Shown: one piece after another, positions 37,337 to 46,597 of the stretch
Layout of the letters: each line of letters begins with the position of its first letter
Position numbering within the stretch: position 1 is the stretch's first letter
Source of the DNA: Acetatifactor sp.
Lineage (GTDB): Bacteria; Bacillota; Clostridia; Lachnospirales; Lachnospiraceae
Reading direction: 5' to 3'
Length of the DNA: 64,000 bases
Assembly: GCA_022511425.1 (NCBI GenBank)
Contig: JAFLRO010000005.1
Location: 3,326 to 67,325 of the forward strand
The notes under the pieces: model-generated
Databases searched by the model: none
Told to the model about the DNA's origin: nothing
The model's input: the letters and a program-made list of their open reading frames with translations, nothing else
Made by a program: the position numbers and the translations under genes

Positions 37337-38158
37337 TCAGGCCTTCATGAAAAGATATGATGCAATGTACTCTGTATCACTCTCTGTCGTAATCCCCGGA
37401 TCATTGATATTCAGACTAATGCTCAATCCGCTTTCCTTTGCAGCCAGAGCGAAATGACAAAGCGCTATCCCCAAGTCAATCTTCTGCAAATTGCCTGCCG
37501 CATCGCTGATAAAGCCCTTATTTCTCTTTAAATAAAAGTGAGCGGCATTCTTATCTACCACAACACGCCAGGGCTGTTTATTGACCGCTGATGGCGCCCA
37601 CCGAACCATCTCCAGCGCTCCGGCCAGCGAGCCGGCCTTTTCCTCTGTCAGCGGCACATCGAACGTGCCATCAAAAAACAGTGATTCAAAGGGTAATCTG
37701 CTGTTCGCCTTGGTAGCTTTCCGCATCATGTTTTCTTTTACGGACATTTTCTTCGAAGGATAGCCCAACGGGCTTACACAGGGCATCATCTCATCTTCAC
37801 TGAGATTCATTGCGCGTTCAAAAGCAGCACGGTCCATTGTTCCACCAACCCACACTGTACCAATTCCAAGTGACTGGGCATACAGAACAAGCTTTTCAAA
37901 GGAATATCCAAATGCCTCTTCGATATGTGGTGCGCGCCGAACCTTAGCCCCCACGTAAATGTCCGTTCCGCTGACAACCGGGCATGACAGTTTCTGCTCT
38001 TTTGCGTTCAGGATTTTAAACTCCACCGGTATGTCATATGGATTATCTATTTTCGCCATAAACGAGGACAACTTTTCCATATCTTCTGCGATGATTTCTT
38101 TGCCGTCAAATGTTCGAACGCTTCTTCTGTTTCGGATTGTCTCTGTAATATTATCCAT
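37337..38158 (-). CDS. Nitroreductase family protein
   Basis: ORF 37337..38233. Likely start MDNITETIRNRRSVRTFDGKEI, the typical nitroreductase N-terminal motif RRSxRxF. 273 aa. Confidence 0.8.
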   Translation of the reverse strand: MDNITETIRNRRSVRTFDGKEIIAEDMEKLSSFMAKIDNPYDIPVEFKILNAKEQKLSCPVVSGTDIYVGAKVRRAPHIEEAFGYSFEKLVLYAQSLGIGTVWVGGTMDRAAFERAMNLSEDEMMPCVSPLGYPSKKMSVKENMMRKATKANSRLPFESLFFDGTFDVPLTEEKAGSLAGALEMVRWAPSAVNKQPWRVVVDKNAAHFYLKRNKGFISDAAGNLQKIDLGIALCHFALAAKESGLSISLNINDPGITTESDTEYIASYLFMKA

Positions 38159-38236
38159 AACGGTCCCCTTTACTAAGATTTTTTGGCATTTCCTAACTCT
38201 CTTTTTTACAAAAGTGTTTCCACGATAAATCAAAGA

Positions 38237-38509
38237 TTATTCCCATTCAACATCCCAACCATCTGTTGCTTTTAATTCAAGATAATCTTTAAAATCATTG
38301 AAACAATTCTCGCAAACGCAATCTTTCCTATCTGCTGTTATATACCATGTATAATAACTATACTTTTCCGGCACCTTTTCCCAACAAAAAAGACAATACT
38401 TCAACTCAGGAAGATGTTCCACTATCTCATTACTGCCTACTGGATCAAGATATTGTCCTCTGATAAATTCAACATCCTTAAGCAGACGCCAATCATCTTT
38501 ATCAATCAT
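38237..38509 (-). CDS. Hypothetical Cys-rich small protein (90 aa), possible zinc ribbon
   Basis: GGAG plus 9 nt before ATG. CLFC and CVCENC motifs are present. The stop lies 3 nt before the longest nitroreductase ORF start. Confidence 0.5.
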   Translation of the reverse strand: MIDKDDWRLLKDVEFIRGQYLDPVGSNEIVEHLPELKYCLFCWEKVPEKYSYYTWYITADRKDCVCENCFNDFKDYLELKATDGWDVEWE

Positions 38510-38584
38510 AAATATTAACTCCTATAGATTCCAACTTATCTACCGACAACACAAACGTAAAAAGACACCTTCCTAAATTTAATA

Positions 38585-39787
38585 TTAATCCCACTGACAG
38601 GGAAATTGCTTCTTGTCAGGTACATCAAATTGTTTCGTAAACTCTTCATTCTCTTCTTCCGGTAAATCTTCAAATATGTCTGGTTCGCAAAACTTACCAC
38701 CAAAACTCGAAAGACCTTGCTCTACAATCTCAATTCCCATAAATGCATCAAAGTTTTTACCGTCACCGGTAGTGATTCCAAAATGATCGCAGGTCTGAAA
38801 ACCGTGCAAAGGGTAATAATCAGGCTCTCCAAAGATTACAACTCCCTCATATCCTGACTCTCTTGCCAGTTCCAGCGTTTCCTCAAGCAGCAACCCGCCA
38901 ATTCCACATCCCTGCCATTCAGGTGCAACACAAAGTGGTCCGAATGTCAGTATTTCTTTGGTTTGATCGCCGTTTTGAAGCGATGTCCTCGTATAACAGA
39001 TTACGCCGACTATTTCATTATCAATCACTGCCACTCTGGACAGCTGGGGGAGATATACATTACTGTCTCGCAGTTTATGCACCAAAAGATGCTCATTACA
39101 CCCCAAATGATACTTATTCCAGAACGCTCTTAATGCGACCTCTTCCGTTTTGTGATACTCGCTCTTTTCTTCCGGACGGATCGTGACATCTTCTCTCGTC
39201 ACTCTCTGTTTTTTTCTCGGAAAATATCCCAGGTCAAGGCGAACTTCCTTTCTTTCCATGTCCCTATTGGAATAACAGCAACTGTCAAAGCCAATCAGTT
39301 CAAATCCTTCCCGCCTATAAAAACGAATGGCTCCAACGTTACATGACTGTGTCTCAAGGATAATAGCCCGTCTGTGTTCCAAAATTACCTGCTCTTTGGC
39401 AATCGCCATAAGTGCATGACCTATCCCTTGTCTCCGGAGGTTTTCATGCACCCAGAGTTCCGTAACCATCAGACGGTTACTCCATTCCTCAGGGCATGTT
39501 TCGATACAGGCCAGCAACTCCGGCTTACCATCTCTATCCTGCACGATTCCCCAGGCAAATGCCTTTTCCCAGTGTGCCTGATACAGCCTGTCCGGGAAAT
39601 CATATTCCTCGGGATAATGAGTTACCGGTGTATCAAACTTGCACAGATTCATTTTTATACCGTAGTTATTCGCTGTGTTGTCAATGCTCACATCAAAGTA
39701 TTCTTCTGTTGTATACCTCATCGGTATTATAGTTCCCTCCCATTGGGCTTTGGGGAGGTGTACTATTTCATATTCTCCAATTTTCAT
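38585..39787 (-). CDS. Fusion of two GNAT N-acetyltransferase domains (streptothricin-acetyltransferase-like N-terminal domain plus YhbS-like C-terminal domain)
   Basis: 400 aa. Acetyl-CoA motifs RRQGIGHALM and WQGCGIGGLLL are present. The N-terminal half (ILETQSCNVGAIRFYRREGFELIG) resembles the Sat family. The C-terminal half (VIFGEPDYYPLHGF) resembles the YhbS/COG3153 type. Confidence 0.78.
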   Translation of the reverse strand: MKIGEYEIVHLPKAQWEGTIIPMRYTTEEYFDVSIDNTANNYGIKMNLCKFDTPVTHYPEEYDFPDRLYQAHWEKAFAWGIVQDRDGKPELLACIETCPEEWSNRLMVTELWVHENLRRQGIGHALMAIAKEQVILEHRRAIILETQSCNVGAIRFYRREGFELIGFDSCCYSNRDMERKEVRLDLGYFPRKKQRVTREDVTIRPEEKSEYHKTEEVALRAFWNKYHLGCNEHLLVHKLRDSNVYLPQLSRVAVIDNEIVGVICYTRTSLQNGDQTKEILTFGPLCVAPEWQGCGIGGLLLEETLELARESGYEGVVIFGEPDYYPLHGFQTCDHFGITTGDGKNFDAFMGIEIVEQGLSSFGGKFCEPDIFEDLPEEENEEFTKQFDVPDKKQFPCQWD

Positions 39788-39903
39788 TTATAAATAATCC
39801 TCTATTTCTGCCTTGTATCCGCTGCATCTAAAGCAATCTGATTAACACTCAGTATAATTACAGTAACTTCACTAACTTGTTTATTTTAATGAATGATACT
39901 TTT

Positions 39904-40092
39904 TTATGCTGTTTCATCGTCCAATATTTTTTCTACAATATTACCATTTCCAATGTATACAGTTGCCCATATTATATCATTTTGGTCAAAGTACTCATCA
40001 TCCTCTTCAAATAATAAAAATTTTTGATATGTATCGGTGCAGTTTCTTTCACACAAATTCCCTCCTAAAACTTCTATTCTTGTTGCTCGCAT
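39904..40092 (-). CDS. Hypothetical small acidic protein (62 aa)
   Basis: ORF only. The SD is poor (AAGG adjacent to the ATG). Confidence 0.3.
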   Translation of the reverse strand: MRATRIEVLGGNLCERNCTDTYQKFLLFEEDDEYFDQNDIIWATVYIGNGNIVEKILDDETA

Positions 40093-40145
40093 CCTTATCT
40101 CGAAAAATAAGAATTTGCCACGCTATCCACGCAATTCTTTTGTCT

Positions 40146-42644
40146 TCACAGATAACACCCGGTAACACTCTGTTTGTTTTGCTTTATTTCATCGGGTGTT
40201 CCAGTGGCGATGATCTGCCCGCCGCTCTTTCCCCCACCCGGTCCCATGTCCACAATATAGTCCGCATTTCGGATCACATCCAAATCATGCTCGATTACAA
40301 TTACCGTTGCACCCTGATCAATCAGACGCTGGAACACCGTAAGCAGTGTTTTCACATCCAGCGGATGCAGACCAACGGTAGGCTCGTCAAAAACGAATAC
40401 GGAATCGGATTGCCCTTTGCCCATTTCGCTTGCCAGCTTCAAACGCTGCGCTTCCCCGCCGGATAAACTGGGCGTTTCTTCGCCGAGAGTCAGATATCCA
40501 AGCCCCACATCATGCAATACCTGCAGGCGGCTTTGAACCAACTTCAAATCATCACAGACATCAAGAGCCTCATCAACACTTAGTGCCATCAGTTCCGGCA
40601 GCGAACTGGCGCTCCCATCCCTCTTTAAACGCTTCACAGCATACGCCTGCCTGCTGTAACGTGAGCCTTTACAGTCGGGACAGGGAATATCCACATCCGG
40701 TAAAAACTGTACATCCAGGCTGATCGTTCCAGTTCCATCGCAGATCGGGCAGCGCAGATTTCCGGTATTATAGGAAAAATCTCCCGCTTTATAACCGCGC
40801 TCTTTTGCGTCCCTGGTTTTCGCATAGACTTTTCGCAGCTCGTCATGCACATTTGCGTAGGTCGCCACTGTTGAGCGCACGTTGATACCAATCGGCGTTG
40901 CGTCGATCAGCTTGCCCTGCCGGATGCCGTCTGCCTCTATAGAAAGAACGTGGCCTGGCAGCTTCTTTCCGGCGATATGTGCTTCCAGGGCAGGAATCAA
41001 GCTCTCCAAAACCATGGTTGTCTTACCGGAGCCTGACACACCCGTAACAACAGACAGTCTGCCTTTTGGAAACGACACAGTAAGCGGTTTCACTGTGTGG
41101 ATCTGAGATGTTTTCATCCGTATCTCGCCGTGGGCAAATAATTCTTCCGCTGCCACGGCATTCCGCATGGATGTCTTACTGTTTGCGGACAGGAACTCGC
41201 CAATCATAGAAGCCGGATTTTGAATGATATCCCGGACGCTGCCCTGTGCGATGACTCTTCCGCCGCCCGCGCCTGCTTCAGGACCGAGCTCAATCAGCCA
41301 GTCCGCGTGAGATAGCACCTGTGTATCATGATCTACAAGAACGATAGAATTGCCGTCTGTCACAAGGTCATCCATAACGCCTGTCAGTCCTTCAATATTC
41401 TTGGGATGCAGACCAATGGACGGTTCATCCAACACATACAAAACGCCTGTGGTCCTGTTCCGCACGGCTCTGGCAAGCTGCGTCCGCTGACGCTCCCCAG
41501 TGGAAAGAGTGGAAGCTGCTCGGTCAAGCGACAGATAGGACAACCCAAGATCAACCAACCGCTTTGCCGTGTGGTGAAACGCTTCACAGATACTTTCCGC
41601 CATCGGACGCATTTCTTCCGGCAGTGAACTGGGTACGCCGTTCACCCACTCAATCAATTCCGACAGCGGCAGCATACACACCTGATCCAGGGAATTCCCT
41701 CTGAGTCGAGGTGCGCGGGCACGCTCTGAGAGCCTTGTACCGTTGCAGCATGGACAGGTACCCTGCTTTAAAAACTTCTCAACCCTTTTCATTCCCTTTT
41801 CATCCTTCACTTTTGAAAGGGCGTTTTCAACGGTGTAGACAGCGTTGAAATAGGTGAAATCCATCTCTGCGGCAACATTCGTTTTTTCGTTGACATACAT
41901 GATATGTTTTTTCTCGGCCGGACCATGGAAAACCAGTTCTCTCTCTTCCTCCGTGAGCTCACGGAAGGGAACATGGGTCCGAATGCCCATCTCACGGGCA
42001 ATGTCTTTCATCAGGGACCACATCAACGACTGCCAGGATGCGACAGCGCCTTCGTCGATGGTGAGGGATTCATCGGGAACCAGTGTCGACTCATCCACAG
42101 TACGGACAACACCTGTGCCGTCGCAATTTTCACAGGCCCCATAGCTGTTGAACGCCAGCTCCTCCGCACTGGGCGCAGGAACAACCTCGCCGCATACGGA
42201 GCACCGAATCTCCCGCTCCGCCGCAACATCCATCGTCGGCTCAACATAATGACCGTTGGGGCATCTATGGCTTGCCAGGCGCGAGAACATTAAGCGCAGG
42301 CTGTTTAACAGTTCCGTAGATGTACCGAAGGTGCTGCGGATACCCGGCACGCCCGGTCTCTGGTGCAGTGCAAGCGCAGCAGGCACGTATCGGATGTCAT
42401 CCACCTGCGCTTTTGTCGCCTGTGTCATCCTCCGTCTGGTGTAGGTAGAAAGCGACTCCAGATATCGTCTGGAACCCTCCGCATACAGCACACCCAGCGC
42501 CAGGGAGGACTTGCCGGAGCCGGATACCCCCGCAATGCCGACGATTTGATGGAGCGGGATGTCCACATCCACATTTTTTAGATTGTGTACCTTGGCCCCC
42601 CGTATTATAATCCGCTCTGGAATATTTTTATATTGATCTGACAT
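40146..42644 (-). CDS. UvrA paralogue (class II / UvrA2-like ABC ATPase lacking the UvrB-binding domain)
   Basis: 832 aa. Two ABC modules (GVSGSGKSS, GVSGSGKTT; signatures LSTGERQR, LSGGEAQR) and Zn modules (CPNGH...CSVCG, CENCDGTG, CPICDGTG...CPDCKG). The segment between the first Zn-module halves is only about 45 aa, where canonical 940-aa UvrA carries the UvrB-binding domain. Confidence 0.88.
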   Translation of the reverse strand: MSDQYKNIPERIIIRGAKVHNLKNVDVDIPLHQIVGIAGVSGSGKSSLALGVLYAEGSRRYLESLSTYTRRRMTQATKAQVDDIRYVPAALALHQRPGVPGIRSTFGTSTELLNSLRLMFSRLASHRCPNGHYVEPTMDVAAEREIRCSVCGEVVPAPSAEELAFNSYGACENCDGTGVVRTVDESTLVPDESLTIDEGAVASWQSLMWSLMKDIAREMGIRTHVPFRELTEEERELVFHGPAEKKHIMYVNEKTNVAAEMDFTYFNAVYTVENALSKVKDEKGMKRVEKFLKQGTCPCCNGTRLSERARAPRLRGNSLDQVCMLPLSELIEWVNGVPSSLPEEMRPMAESICEAFHHTAKRLVDLGLSYLSLDRAASTLSTGERQRTQLARAVRNRTTGVLYVLDEPSIGLHPKNIEGLTGVMDDLVTDGNSIVLVDHDTQVLSHADWLIELGPEAGAGGGRVIAQGSVRDIIQNPASMIGEFLSANSKTSMRNAVAAEELFAHGEIRMKTSQIHTVKPLTVSFPKGRLSVVTGVSGSGKTTMVLESLIPALEAHIAGKKLPGHVLSIEADGIRQGKLIDATPIGINVRSTVATYANVHDELRKVYAKTRDAKERGYKAGDFSYNTGNLRCPICDGTGTISLDVQFLPDVDIPCPDCKGSRYSRQAYAVKRLKRDGSASSLPELMALSVDEALDVCDDLKLVQSRLQVLHDVGLGYLTLGEETPSLSGGEAQRLKLASEMGKGQSDSVFVFDEPTVGLHPLDVKTLLTVFQRLIDQGATVIVIEHDLDVIRNADYIVDMGPGGGKSGGQIIATGTPDEIKQNKQSVTGCYL

Positions 42645-43126
42645 CGCTTGCTTTACTCCTATCTTTCCGGTCTGTACTTATATATCCATGCCTGATTATT
42701 TGAAATACTGCGTATCAATTCTTCCGTAATTTTCGATTTCTCCAGTTCTACAAGTGAGTTTTCCCTTACTGTTTCCCTATGTTATATCCTTTTGCAGACT
42801 TGTATTACGAACCCTCGTAAGGGCAAAACAAAGGAAGCAAAAACATATAACAAATTATAACACAATATAAACAAGACATGAAGAACTGATTGAAATGCTT
42901 CCACAATATTTTAGTAGTAGAATGCAGTAAATAAAGCTCCATAATACATTTTGCCAATTATGAACGTTTGAACACAAAAATCCGCTGTAACATTTCTGCT
43001 GCAACGGACCTTTGATTTATGCTGTTATGGAGTTTATGGTATAGTCACATTCGTTTCGCTCTTTTATTCCTTATCATCATCGCACTGCTGGCGATGTACG
43101 AGATGCGCTACTGTCAGACATACCAA

Positions 43127-44233
43127 TTATTTGCTTACGCTGTTACGTACCCGTTCCGCGATTGCTTTAAAACGTACATTGCCATGCAGGACGGTGTACT
43201 TTTTCTTCCCGTTGCCGTAGAACTCATTGTGCAGATCGTCGAACGCGCTCTGCGACCAGTGCGAGCGCGGTAGAGTTTTACATCCGTATTGCATGGGTGA
43301 GGTATATGTCGCACTCTCGTCGTAGGTGTCGAATTTTTCCGCGTAAAAGACAGCTTTTTCCAGCTCGTCGAGCGCGGTGTCGATGTAGCCGATTCGGCAG
43401 TACAGCGTAGCTTTTGTGTACGTGTACTGCACCGCTTTCATGTTGCCCGCCAGCAGCTCGTCGCCGTAGACGACGGACTGCAAAGCCAGCATACTGTCGA
43501 GCAGCGCGATCTGATCCTCGGGGGTGAGCGCGTCGGAATATTCATATGGCCATATTCCGCACAGGCTTTCGATGCCCGTTTCTATCCAAGAACAAAACTG
43601 GCTTATGCAGTTTCTGACAAATTGAACCCGATCAGAACCTTGTTTCAGGCCCATTTTCAAAATCGTGCACGGGCATGTATTCTGCAAACCGGACAGCTGA
43701 TTTGCATATTCAAGCGCTTTTTCTGTGTTGCCGCTATATTTATATAGACGTGTCAGTGCTGTCTGGCAGGCGATTCGTCCACTCGTATCTGTGCTTGTCT
43801 CAAGGATTTTCTTTAAAATGCTGATCGCTTCCGAAAGGTTTTCCTCTCTCGTCCGAATGACATTCTGCGCCTGCTCAAGTGTATGCGCCAGAAGAAACCG
43901 CAAATCGTCGCTACCGGGGAATTCATTGCACGCGTGACGCGCTTCATCGACGGCTTCTGCGAGCTTCCATTCGCTTAAAAGGCGGTATACCTCGCGCTCG
44001 TACTGTTCGATTTTATCATTCGCCAGTGTGATATCGACGCCGAGCAGTTCGTCGGTCGTGACTCTGTAAAAGTTGGCGAGCACGGGGAACATCGATATGT
44101 CCGGAACGGCGGCGTTGGTCTCCCATTTCGAGATAGCCTGAAACGATACGCCCAGGCGCTCCGCGAGCTGTTCCTGCGTCAGATCATGCTTTTTTCGAAG
44201 TGATTTCAGCTTTTCTCCAAGATTGTATGTCAT
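43127..44233 (-). CDS. XRE-family HTH transcriptional regulator with TPR-like C-terminal domain
   Basis: 368 aa. N-terminal HTH LGEKLKSLRKKHDLTQEQLAERLGVSFQAISKWETN. The long helical-repeat C-terminus has the RNPP/Rgg-like architecture. GC is visibly higher than both flanks. Confidence 0.8.
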   Translation of the reverse strand: MTYNLGEKLKSLRKKHDLTQEQLAERLGVSFQAISKWETNAAVPDISMFPVLANFYRVTTDELLGVDITLANDKIEQYEREVYRLLSEWKLAEAVDEARHACNEFPGSDDLRFLLAHTLEQAQNVIRTREENLSEAISILKKILETSTDTSGRIACQTALTRLYKYSGNTEKALEYANQLSGLQNTCPCTILKMGLKQGSDRVQFVRNCISQFCSWIETGIESLCGIWPYEYSDALTPEDQIALLDSMLALQSVVYGDELLAGNMKAVQYTYTKATLYCRIGYIDTALDELEKAVFYAEKFDTYDESATYTSPMQYGCKTLPRSHWSQSAFDDLHNEFYGNGKKKYTVLHGNVRFKAIAERVRNSVSK

Positions 44234-44382
44234 AATATCGTTACCTCTCTTTGTAATCGTGATGTTTTGAACCGGTTCTGAACATAGTATATCTCACCGC
44301 GACGGGAGTGTCCAACTAACCGCATTAGAAGAATTCTCAACTGACATTAGAATTTTTACCTATTATACGAAATAAGAAAAAC

Positions 44383-44412
44383 GCTACGCAATCGGCAAAC
44401 CTTTGGCGTAGC
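44383..44412 (-). terminator. Terminator-like hairpin downstream of the short GNAT gene
   Basis: GCTACGC / GCGTAGC stem with a 16-nt loop. On the minus strand it is followed by GTTTTTCTTATTT. Confidence 0.5.
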
Positions 44413-44450
44413 ATTTCGCATAATTATCTTTTTCAATTTAAGAAACAATT

Positions 44451-44813
44451 TCATACATTATTACCTTCTTCATAATCATATACATAGACTATTTCGTCTT
44501 CGTAATTATTCTTACCTCCCAGCTTCTCATATACATGGCAAGCTCTGGAGTTACCTTTATCAGTTATAATAAACATTTTACAACACCCTATCTTCTTTGA
44601 ATATTCACCAATATATGATAATAGATCTGTGCCATATCCTTTATCTTGAAAGTCAGGCAATATTCCTATCGAGTGTAAATAGAACATGGTTTTTCCATCA
44701 GGTCTTAGCAAGGAATAACCATAAGCAAAACCTATGATTTTCCCTTTCTCTTTTGCAACAAAGCCATAAGCATTTTCATTATTGATAAAGTTTTTCAGAT
44801 ATCCAAAAATCAA
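44451..44813 (-). CDS. GNAT acetyltransferase, short form (probably N-terminally truncated)
   Basis: 120 aa from a TTG start. An in-frame TAG lies 10 codons upstream. The acetyl-CoA motif FQDKGYGTDLL is present. The usual N-terminal beta-strands and helices are missing. Confidence 0.65.
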   Translation of the reverse strand: MIFGYLKNFINNENAYGFVAKEKGKIIGFAYGYSLLRPDGKTMFYLHSIGILPDFQDKGYGTDLLSYIGEYSKKIGCCKMFIITDKGNSRACHVYEKLGGKNNYEDEIVYVYDYEEGNNV

Positions 44814-45030
44814 CTCTTTTACATTACCATAATTATCTCTCTAGCTATATTTTCAGGAATTGCTTTAACATATTGATCATCATCAAATACCATCACATCA
44901 CCAATACCTTTTTGAAGAACAAATCTAAGTTCTCCATTCTTTACTTTTTCACTGTATAATTTTTACTAAAGCTTCTCGATCAATATAGCTTGGAATTTGT
45001 TTAAATAATACATTTTAATTCATCCCAACA
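44814..45030 (-). pseudogene. Possible disrupted N-terminal part of the GNAT gene (frame-shifted fragments)
   Basis: The minus strand reads KLYSEKVKNGELRFVLQKGIGDVMVFDDDQYVKAIPENIAREIIMVM* in a different frame from the downstream GNAT ORF. Several stops are present and no intact ORF. Confidence 0.3.
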
Positions 45031-45038
45031 CCCATATA

Positions 45039-45872
45039 TTATATTATTCTTTTTGCATAATCGTTGCGATATACTTGCTTAAATCCAAGCTCATCATATA
45101 AATGCCTTGCACGATCATTTCCAACAACGCAGTATAGTGAAATGTTTTCATATCCGATATCCAACAGCATGTTGACAATATACTTCACAAAAGCTTTCCC
45201 CACACCTTTACTCTGGCAGTCCGGCTTAACAGATACACTGCCAATCTTATTTCCTTCTATGTGGGCATACCCTACAATTTCCTCTCCGTTCAAATAGACC
45301 AATCGTTCATCCGTTGTTTCCGACCAATATTTCCGCCCTTTCTCACTTGGAGGCTCCGGAACAGAATTAGGAAAGCATCCGGTGCTGAGACGCATCAAAT
45401 GAAAAGCTTCGGCATATAACGAATGTGCCTCTGTATAATCTTCATCTTGATATTTTCTGACAGGAATTGCCCCCAGCTCAAAGTGAGGCCCTGAATAGAC
45501 CATATAATCAGATGAATACTCTTTTATATATCCACGATCCTTTACATATGCATATGCGATGGGATTATCGGTTCGGTAATAAGTGGAAATATTTACAGGA
45601 TTACACGCACACAACTTTTGATCGAGCAGCCTAGCCGCAGCTTTTCCATAACCCCTATGCCGATGTGCAGGGAAAATATATATGTACAGAAATGCATGTT
45701 TACCTTCATACGACAGAGCGAGACCTACCAATGATTCCTGATATAAGATAGAGTAAATGTTTTCATTGTTTTCAGATACTGCATTAATAAAATCAGTTTC
45801 AGCTTCACTCGTATCAATTTGCGGTAGGTATACTGATGGTTTTAACATTTTACATATTGAGATTTTATCCAT
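45039..45872 (-). CDS. GNAT N-acetyltransferase with two GNAT-like halves
   Basis: ORF 45039..45908, likely start MDKISICK. Acetyl-CoA motifs HRHRGYGKAAARLL and CQSKGVGKAFVKYI are present. Confidence 0.78.
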   Translation of the reverse strand: MDKISICKMLKPSVYLPQIDTSEAETDFINAVSENNENIYSILYQESLVGLALSYEGKHAFLYIYIFPAHRHRGYGKAAARLLDQKLCACNPVNISTYYRTDNPIAYAYVKDRGYIKEYSSDYMVYSGPHFELGAIPVRKYQDEDYTEAHSLYAEAFHLMRLSTGCFPNSVPEPPSEKGRKYWSETTDERLVYLNGEEIVGYAHIEGNKIGSVSVKPDCQSKGVGKAFVKYIVNMLLDIGYENISLYCVVGNDRARHLYDELGFKQVYRNDYAKRII

Positions 45873-45916
45873 TGACTTTTTCCCTTTCATAAAATGTACA
45901 AACGTCAATATAAATA

Positions 45917-46597
45917 CTATAGAATCCTCCCGTCAATAGACAGAATAACTACTTGCAGCGAAATTTGCTTCCCGCTTTCCTGCAATGCCTTTTTAACCGC
46001 TGCTTCCAGTCCTCCGCAGCAGGGTACTTCCATTCGCAGAAGTATGACACTTTTAATATTATTGTATTTCAGAATTTCTGTCAGCTTTATGCTGTAATCC
46101 ACAGAATCCAGCTTAGGACAGCCAATCAGCGTAATCCTGCCCTTCATATAGTCATTATGAAAATTGCTGTAGGCATAAGCTGTACAATCTGCCGCAATCA
46201 ACAGTTCAGCGCCTTTAAAATAAGGTGCGCTTACCGGAACCAGCTTAATCTGGCAGGGCCATTGAGCCAGCTGAGAAATGCATGTCCTACTGTCGGATGC
46301 TCTGCTGTCGCTTTGGTTTTCCCGTGATACAGGGGTTTCTCCATGTACTGTAAATTGCTTGCTCTGCCTTGCAGCGAGAACCGCAGCTTCGTCATATGCG
46401 GGAGCTTCCCGTTCCTGAAAAGTGATGGCATCCATGGGGCATTCCGGCAGGCAGTCGCCAAGGCCGTCACAGTAATTTTCCCGGGTAAGTCTGGCCTTCC
46501 CGTCAATTATGTCAATAGCACCCTCATGGCAGGCTCGGGCACATGCGCCGCAGCCGTTGCATTTCTCAGCGTCAATTTCTATTATTCTCCTGATCAT
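45917..46597 (-). CDS. 4Fe-4S dicluster domain protein with conserved C-terminal Cys-containing domain
   Basis: CNGCGACARAC and CDGLGDCLPECP ferredoxin motifs are present. The C-terminal block is ADCTAYAY...IGCPKLD...MEVPCCGG. It overlaps the upstream gene by 4 nt. Confidence 0.78.
   Translation of the reverse strand: MIRRIIEIDAEKCNGCGACARACHEGAIDIIDGKARLTRENYCDGLGDCLPECPMDAITFQEREAPAYDEAAVLAARQSKQFTVHGETPVSRENQSDSRASDSRTCISQLAQWPCQIKLVPVSAPYFKGAELLIAADCTAYAYSNFHNDYMKGRITLIGCPKLDSVDYSIKLTEILKYNNIKSVILLRMEVPCCGGLEAAVKKALQESGKQISLQVVILSIDGRIL

Noticed and set aside
39906-40466. 186-aa plus-strand ORF spanning the 62-aa ORF and the uvrA-paralogue 3' end
   Set aside because: It crosses an intergenic region and lies antisense to a strongly supported gene. 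No SD is present.
43019-43273. 84-aa hydrophobic plus-strand ORF as an SHP-like pheromone gene
   Set aside because: It overlaps the 3' end of the regulator gene antisense, is far longer than known SHPs, and has no SD. It is kept only as a remark in the regulator finding.
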